This document shows, one piece after another, positions 58,276 to 64,000 of a stretch of DNA of 64,000 bases (positions within the stretch are counted from its first letter, which is position 1; the number at the start of each line of letters is the position of its first letter). The notes below the pieces were generated by a model. The model was not told where the DNA came from and made no database searches. It saw only the letters and a list, made by a program, of their open reading frames with translations. Origin of the DNA: Candidatus Hecatella orcuttiae (GTDB lineage: Archaea; Thermoproteota; Bathyarchaeia; Hecatellales; Hecatellaceae); contig MTLY02000002.1 of assembly GCA_002011035.2 (NCBI GenBank), positions 32,001 through 96,000 on the forward strand. Direction: 5' to 3'. Position numbers and translations under genes: made by a program.

Positions 58276-58775
58276 TTTTTCGCAACTCTTTCCCTAAACT
58301 TTTGGTATTCTTTCTCAAATATCTCATCGTACTTTGCCATGGCCGTCAGTAATTCCTCACTCTCATATTCTTCTTCCTCCAACTCCACATCGGAAGGTTT
58401 TCTATATGCTAAACGGTAAATTATGGCGGTTCCGCCGACAGCAGCTGCGATGGGAAGCACCCACAGCATTAGTTCTAAGCCGCTTTTCTGCGGGGTTGCC
58501 AGTATATTTTCCCCGTATATCATTTGAAGCTCGAAGATTATTTCCTCCTTCGTTTTCCCTTGACTTATCATCTGCTCTATCTGAGTACGCACCTTATAGG
58601 CGGTTTCACATTCACAGTCCGATAGAAGCATGGTACAGCCGCAGGGACACCATACACTGCGGGAAACCTCCTCCACTGTCGTTTTTACCTCTGAGGCTTG
58701 AACCGAGATCGGAAGCAACAGCAACCCGAATATGAAGACAAAGACTGCTATTTTTCTGGCGTTTTTCATCTTCAT
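58272..58775 (-). CDS. ccmH: Cytochrome c biogenesis protein CcmH
   Basis: CPCGC...A..VR.QI..MI..GKTKEEI...YGE.IL..P...LWVLP. Confidence 0.85.
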   Translation of the reverse strand: MKMKNARKIAVFVFIFGLLLLPISVQASEVKTTVEEVSRSVWCPCGCTMLLSDCECETAYKVRTQIEQMISQGKTKEEIIFELQMIYGENILATPQKSGLELMLWVLPIAAAVGGTAIIYRLAYRKPSDVELEEEEYESEELLTAMAKYDEIFEKEYQKFRERVAKK

Positions 58776-60739
58776 CGACCATTTCCCTTCAGGTCTTGGT
58801 TTTTCAGCACTGCTTTCTCGGAGCTGGTCATAGCAAATACTGTTGAAGCAAGCATCAGAAAAGCCCCGATCCATATGAGGTTCACAAATGGGAGTATTTT
58901 GACTTTAAAGGTGGCGTTATCCTCCCACACTTCTAAGGGGATAACGTAGAGATCCTTCAAGCCTACGGTATGGATGTGCACGCGTGTTATATATTGCTCC
59001 ATTTTTTCATAATATTCTATGGAAGGTGTTGCTTCATGTATCACCCGACCGTCTTTTAAAACTAGAAGAGAAACAGTGAAAACAGCCCGGTCGGCTTTCT
59101 CGCTCACTTTAACACCTTCGAAGGATAATGTGTACCCTTCTATGCTGTAGGTCTCTCCCCGACTGAGAGTAAACATACGCGAACTGTCATACACTGAGGA
59201 GGCTGTTATACCGACGAGTATGATTACGATGGAAATATGGACAAGGTATCCTCCGTAACGCCTTCGATTTTTCTGGACAGCACGCCAAAGATTTCTCACA
59301 TAACCGAAACCCTTGGTTTTACCCTCTGCCTTAATTCCCCTCCAAAACTCCAGCCCGTGAGAGGCTACCACGAATACGCATATAAACACCATAAGTAAAC
59401 CTACAAAATCCCGAATGCCGAGAAGAGGCGAGATAATCAAGCCTACCATGGATGCTACAATCGGCCAAGTGAAACTTCTTTTGAGACTGGCTATGTTTGC
59501 CCTCCTCCAAGCTATGGAGGGACATATCCCCATAAGGAAAATGAGGACCAAGCCTAAAGGCACAGTAACCTCATTGTAATATTCGGCTCCTATGGTCACT
59601 TGGAAACCTCGGAGGGCTTGGGAAATGAGGGGGAAAGTGGTTCCCACCAATATTACGACGGTTAAGACGACGAATAGGAGGTTGTTGAAGAGAAAGCTGA
59701 CTTCTTTTGAAAGAGACGCCTCAAAGATATTTCTGCTCCTGTAAACCTCATACTTGCTAACAAACAATCCCAGCGATGCAATTAGAGTGAGAACAATGAA
59801 AGTTGAGAAAAAGATCCCAATAGGCGACTCAGCGAAAGAATGAACCGAGGAGAGAATACCGCTTCTCGTCAAGAATGTTGCGTATATCACTAATATGAAG
59901 GTGAATGTTATAAGCAGAAAGTTCCATCTTTTCATGCCTCTTCTCTTTTCTTGTATCATAACCGAGTGGAGAAAAGCTGTGCCTACAAGCCAGGGCATCA
60001 AGGAAGCGTTTTCCACAGGATCCCAAGCCCAGTAGCCTCCCCAACCCAAAACACGATAAGCCCACCAGCCTCCTAAGACGATGCCTACACTCAAGAAAAT
60101 CCAAGCAGATAACGCCCATTTCCTAGAACGGTATATCCAGTGCTCATTTCCGGTTGCCAACCCTGCCATAGCATAGGCGAAGGGAATGGTGAAACCTGCA
60201 TAGCCTATGAGCAAAGTAGGCGGGTGGAAAATCATTCCAGGACTCCGAAGCAGAGGATTAAGGCCTAAGCCATCTACAGGCTTAAAGGAAAGCCTCTGAA
60301 AAGGGTTCGCCGCAAACATCAACGTAAATAGGAAAAAGAGCAGAGTTGCTGCTAGCGTGAGGGATTTGTAAATTGCGAATTCATCGTTTTTCTTATCCAC
60401 AAAAAGGGTTACCGCTGTGAACAGGGAAAGCGCCCAAGCCCACAGAAGAAGTGAACCCTCCTGTCCAGCCCAGAAGGCTGAGAGCGTGTATACCAAAGGC
60501 AGAGCTCTATTGGTGTGAGAAGCCACATACATGCTCTGGAAATCGCGAGTTACAAGTAAATAGAATAACCACAAGGCGGCTATGGTGATGAACACGCTGG
60601 CTAAGAGCAGAGCTCCCCTTCCAAACCTGATTAAACCCGGATGATTTTTTTTCAGGGATACACTAAACAGAATAATAGCGCAGAAGGTTGACAGGAAAGC
60701 CGATATCAGGCTTACGTATCCTATCATCCCTTTGCACAT
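58772..60739 (-). CDS. ccmF: Cytochrome c heme lyase CcmF
   Basis: FWAGQEGSLLLW, HPP, WGGYWAWDPVENASLMPW and TRSG...SVHSF motifs. Confidence 0.95.
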   Translation of the reverse strand: MCKGMIGYVSLISAFLSTFCAIILFSVSLKKNHPGLIRFGRGALLLASVFITIAALWLFYLLVTRDFQSMYVASHTNRALPLVYTLSAFWAGQEGSLLLWAWALSLFTAVTLFVDKKNDEFAIYKSLTLAATLLFFLFTLMFAANPFQRLSFKPVDGLGLNPLLRSPGMIFHPPTLLIGYAGFTIPFAYAMAGLATGNEHWIYRSRKWALSAWIFLSVGIVLGGWWAYRVLGWGGYWAWDPVENASLMPWLVGTAFLHSVMIQEKRRGMKRWNFLLITFTFILVIYATFLTRSGILSSVHSFAESPIGIFFSTFIVLTLIASLGLFVSKYEVYRSRNIFEASLSKEVSFLFNNLLFVVLTVVILVGTTFPLISQALRGFQVTIGAEYYNEVTVPLGLVLIFLMGICPSIAWRRANIASLKRSFTWPIVASMVGLIISPLLGIRDFVGLLMVFICVFVVASHGLEFWRGIKAEGKTKGFGYVRNLWRAVQKNRRRYGGYLVHISIVIILVGITASSVYDSSRMFTLSRGETYSIEGYTLSFEGVKVSEKADRAVFTVSLLVLKDGRVIHEATPSIEYYEKMEQYITRVHIHTVGLKDLYVIPLEVWEDNATFKVKILPFVNLIWIGAFLMLASTVFAMTSSEKAVLKNQDLKGNGR

Positions 60740-60751
60740 CCATCTACTAGC

Positions 60752-61141
60752 TTATTCCGAGGCCTCCGGAAGTTCTTCATATTTAGAAGGACACTTAACC
60801 AGCACTTTCTCAGCTTGGAGAACTGAATCTTGAAGGGTGCCGATCACCACAACTTCATTACCTTCTTGAAATCCTGAAGGATAAACTCCGAAATAGGTTA
60901 CCTCGATGGATGAGCGGTTGTCTGCAAGGATAAAAGTAAGAGTAGCTCCTACCCTCTCCACAGAGCCCTCCTTCACTATTCCTGTTACCTGAACCTGCCG
61001 CCCGTAATATTCGCTAGGCTTCTCCATCAGTTCAGAAACAGGGGTATAGGGTGTGATAGAACTTGTAAGCTGCTCATAAACTACGTAGCTACCTATTACC
61101 GCCAAGATAAGACAAAGCGCCACTATCCTCCGGGTCCTCAA
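60752..61141 (-). CDS. ccmE: Heme chaperone CcmE, CxxxY variant
   Basis: VLVKCPSKY heme-binding motif. Confidence 0.9.
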   Translation of the reverse strand: MRTRRIVALCLILAVIGSYVVYEQLTSSITPYTPVSELMEKPSEYYGRQVQVTGIVKEGSVERVGATLTFILADNRSSIEVTYFGVYPSGFQEGNEVVVIGTLQDSVLQAEKVLVKCPSKYEELPEASE

Positions 61142-61323
61142 GCTCGATACCCTACTTGTTTTAACATCGATATAATAGATATGAAAGTTCTTTTATAAAT
61201 ATTTAATAATCATATTTATTAAAATTTTTAATAATATTATTTATATATATATGTGCATAGAAAATTTTTTATCTTAATATTTAATAGTTATTAATTAAAT
61301 TAATTTAAAATCGAAGAAGAACC

Positions 61324-62415
61324 ATGCAACGCAAACTGAAAATCATTCAAATATCTACCGTATTCTTCATTCTTAACATATGCTTTTACCTTCTTTACAC
61401 CCTAGTCTTACGACCCTTCATGAACGCCCTTCCGATGGTGAGTAGAATCATTGCTTCAAACTTCCCCTTCTCAGCGAATCTTCCCTCAGCCTATTCACTT
61501 CAATTCTATGTGATAGCCTTCTACTTTTTCCTCATCACTGTTTTAGTACTGCTTTTCGCAGTGCATGTGCTTCTCGACACCGTGAAGAGGTGGAGGGAAG
61601 CCGAAAGTTTTCCCATAGAAACATCGAAAGCCAAGTTTGAGCGATTCTCCCTTAACCAGAGGCTTCAACACATCGTACTGATAGTGACCTTCACCATATG
61701 CGCTGTCACAGGCTTCGCTTTGAGATACTTCGACTCTTGGGGGGCCTTTGTGATTTACTTCCTAGGCGGACTTGAAGCGAGGCGGATAGTCCATATAGTC
61801 TCTGGCTTCACCATGGGCGGTCTAGCGATATACCACATGATCTATTACGGCCGCACCTTTTTCACCACGCACAAAAGGCGAGTTGAGATCATGTTTACCA
61901 AGAAAGATCTATCCAACTTAATAGCCAACATCAAATATCTCCTAAACTTAGCCAAAGAGAAGCCTAAATTTGGGCGATATAATTATATTCAAAAACTCGA
62001 TTATTGGGGTGTTGTATGGGGCATAGTGATTTTTGGTGCAAGCGGCATAGCCTTACTCTTTTTCAGGTCACCTTTTGGAGTGGGGATAGGGGCTCCTGAG
62101 CCTTATCTCCTCGTCGCCCTTCTGTTCCATGAAAGAGAAGCTGTTTTAGCCGTCTTAACTTTGCTGGTGCTCCATTTCTATTACTCCCACCTCAACGCTG
62201 ATGTTTTCCCCATGGATCGGGTGTGGATTACCGGAAGCGTGCCGGAAGAGATTATGCGCAGCGAGCATCCCTTAGAATTGGAGGGGATAAAAAAAGGTAA
62301 GGTAGAGCCGCCTCTTCCCCCTGTACCTTGGCAGTCCATATTTCTTACTTCCCTCATTCTGCTGTTCATCACCGTCATGATACTTTCATATTCGTATGCG
62401 CGGGGGTTGATATGA
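61324..62415 (+). CDS. Membrane cytochrome b (FdnI/HydC-like) with extra TM helices
   Basis: RFS..QRLQH, RIVH, YH, GRYNYIQK.DYW, HEREA.LA...LHFY and EHPLE motifs. Confidence 0.85.
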   Translation: MQRKLKIIQISTVFFILNICFYLLYTLVLRPFMNALPMVSRIIASNFPFSANLPSAYSLQFYVIAFYFFLITVLVLLFAVHVLLDTVKRWREAESFPIETSKAKFERFSLNQRLQHIVLIVTFTICAVTGFALRYFDSWGAFVIYFLGGLEARRIVHIVSGFTMGGLAIYHMIYYGRTFFTTHKRRVEIMFTKKDLSNLIANIKYLLNLAKEKPKFGRYNYIQKLDYWGVVWGIVIFGASGIALLFFRSPFGVGIGAPEPYLLVALLFHEREAVLAVLTLLVLHFYYSHLNADVFPMDRVWITGSVPEEIMRSEHPLELEGIKKGKVEPPLPPVPWQSIFLTSLILLFITVMILSYSYARGLI

Positions 62416-64000
62416 GAAATCTTAAGCATCTGACAGCAGGGCCAAAGATAAATAAGAGAGCGATGGCGGCTTTCTCGATCATTATTATTCTTTCTATCGC
62501 TTTTAACACAGCCTTCGCCTCAAAACCTTCTTTCCCCTCCCAATCTACCGCAGCTCCTCCCATGCCGGAAGACCATGAGGGACGTACCGTCTGTAAGGGC
62601 TGTCATGAAACGGGTGTAGCTGATGCTCCTCTTCTCCCCCCATCGCCTGATCACACAGTTTTCCCTGATGATTACGTGATGTGCAGTGGATGCCATGAAC
62701 TAGTTTTGTCGCCTACACCGTCCCCTACCATCGCAGTTACACCTTCACTTCCCCTGCCACCAGAAGAGTGTGGAGTATGCCACGAAGAGTACGAAGGATG
62801 GCAGCAGTCTATCCATGCTGAGAAAGGCGTCAACTGTCTTGTTTGCCATTCCGGCGTTGAAACCGTGCCTCACGAGGAAGTCGTAGTAGATCTGGCCGTG
62901 TGCAGTCAGTGCCATGGGGGAAGGTTTCAACTGGAAGTCATCAGCATCACTTGTAACTCATGTCACGATCCCCATAGTCAGACTTTGGAGGTTGAAGTCG
63001 CTAAGCTATGCAGTCGCTGCCATTCAGAGGAGTACCAGCGATGGAGTGACTCTGCTCACGGTTTGGCGGGAGTGGCCTGCGAGAAATGCCACCGTCATGC
63101 AGAGGTGGGGCACGTGCACAGGTTGGTAGAGGTCAGTTCTGTCCTTTGTGGTAGTTGTCATGTCGAGCAGTACCGGCTTGAGATAAAGCACGACATCAAC
63201 TGTGCTGACTGCCATGAACCTCACAGCCAAGACTTGAGAAAGAAGGTGCCGGAGTTATGCGATAGATGCCATGACGACATATATCGAGATTGGAATATGT
63301 CCCCTCACAAAGTAGAAGGAGTCTCATGCGACGTATGTCATCCTCATGCAGAAAGCGGCCATGTTCACAGGTGGATCAACGCCTCCTCTGCCGCTTGCGG
63401 ACAGTGCCATAAAACCTTTGAAGAATTAAGCGAATCGAAAATGGCTGTGTATGATATCACATGCACCAACTGCCATAACCCCCACTCCCAGGAAATTAGG
63501 ACCCCCACTGTTTCCACCCTCTGCGGGCGCTGTCACAATCAGACCACAAGTCCAGAATACTATTTCTGGAATGCCAGCGTCCATAAGGCTGTGGGAGCAA
63601 GTTGTGAGACATGCCACATGTACTCTGAAGGAGAGCGGTTCAGGCATAACTTTACTCAACCTCTCTTAGAAGAAGCATGTGAGCAGTGTCACGCGATCCT
63701 ACCTTCGGGAGAGTTACATGCCCTTCAGTACAGGACTGAGTATGAGATCAAGAAGGCTGAGGAGAAAATAAGGGCGGCTGAAGGAGTTATCGCCAAGGCC
63801 AAATCTGTCTTCAAAGTAAGTGAAAAAGACCCTCTAATGGTGAAAGCTGAAAGCATGCTGGCTGAGGCTGAACACATACTGGAAATGGTGAAGAATGAGA
63901 AAAGTCGAGGGTTCCATGCACCCATACTTACTCACATGCTTATATCCCAAGCCTTTAACTTGGGAGAGCAATCTCAGCGCATAGCTTTGGAGCTGGCGGG
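62412..64000 (+). CDS. Large multiheme cytochrome c (>=17 CxxCH), 3'-truncated; not in the ORF track
   Basis: ATG overlaps the cytochrome b stop; signal/TM segment; 17 CxxCH motifs by manual translation; helical C-terminal region with EKSRGFHAP; no stop before the window end. Confidence 0.9.
   Translation, partial: MRNLKHLTAGPKINKRAMAAFSIIIILSIAFNTAFASKPSFPSQSTAAPPMPEDHEGRTVCKGCHETGVADAPLLPPSPDHTVFPDDYVMCSGCHELVLSPTPSPTIAVTPSLPLPPEECGVCHEEYEGWQQSIHAEKGVNCLVCHSGVETVPHEEVVVDLAVCSQCHGGRFQLEVISITCNSCHDPHSQTLEVEVAKLCSRCHSEEYQRWSDSAHGLAGVACEKCHRHAEVGHVHRLVEVSSVLCGSCHVEQYRLEIKHDINCADCHEPHSQDLRKKVPELCDRCHDDIYRDWNMSPHKVEGVSCDVCHPHAESGHVHRWINASSAACGQCHKTFEELSESKMAVYDITCTNCHNPHSQEIRTPTVSTLCGRCHNQTTSPEYYFWNASVHKAVGASCETCHMYSEGERFRHNFTQPLLEEACEQCHAILPSGELHALQYRTEYEIKKAEEKIRAAEGVIAKAKSVFKVSEKDPLMVKAESMLAEAEHILEMVKNEKSRGFHAPILTHMLISQAFNLGEQSQRIALELA

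Noticed and set aside
61142-61323. Replication origin or att site in the extremely AT-rich spacer
   Set aside because: No ORB repeats, cdc6 or integrase; adequately explained as a divergent promoter
62375-63925. Several short ORFs listed in the track
   Set aside because: They are alternative-frame or antisense shadows of the long multiheme cytochrome frame starting at 62412
1-64000. CRISPR arrays, cas genes, transposases, integrases, selenocysteine/pyrrolysine read-through
   Set aside because: None seen; no regularly spaced repeats and no in-frame stops interrupting recognisable enzymes

Overview
A 64-kb archaeal chromosomal segment. A TACK archaeon, most plausibly Bathyarchaeia, is inferred from the HMf-type histone, rps17e, Rpo12, archaeosine TGT, stand-alone 5S rRNA, intron-containing tRNAs, an arcadin-1-like protein, DnaK/DnaJ and a corrinoid methyltransferase pair. 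Housekeeping genes are interleaved with an unusually rich respiratory inventory. (i) A 'headless' complex I-like oxidoreductase is split into two divergent operons (nuoJ'J''KNLM and nuoABCDHI), with no NuoEFG/FpoF and no NiFe ligands. (ii) A non-canonical heme-copper oxidase-superfamily enzyme has Asp in place of the helix VI His and a subunit II without CuA cysteines (gNOR-like), plus an unannotated 35-aa third subunit. (iii) An AT-richer ~11-kb cytochrome island at the right end carries a 10-heme cytochrome c, a Cys-rich HTH regulator, a Ccm maturation system (ccmABCDEFH plus an unknown accessory gene), a cytochrome b, and a >=17-heme cytochrome c that runs off the window and is absent from the ORF track. 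RNA features are four intact tRNAs (two with non-canonical introns, one with C33), a decayed tRNA-Leu at the edge of a cadC-cadA islet, a 5S rRNA and two candidate C/D-box sRNAs. One of these has a guide exactly complementary to the anticodon loop of the tRNA-Leu(CAA) in this same window (predicted Cm34). All assignments come from motif and sequence recognition by eye; no database searches were run.
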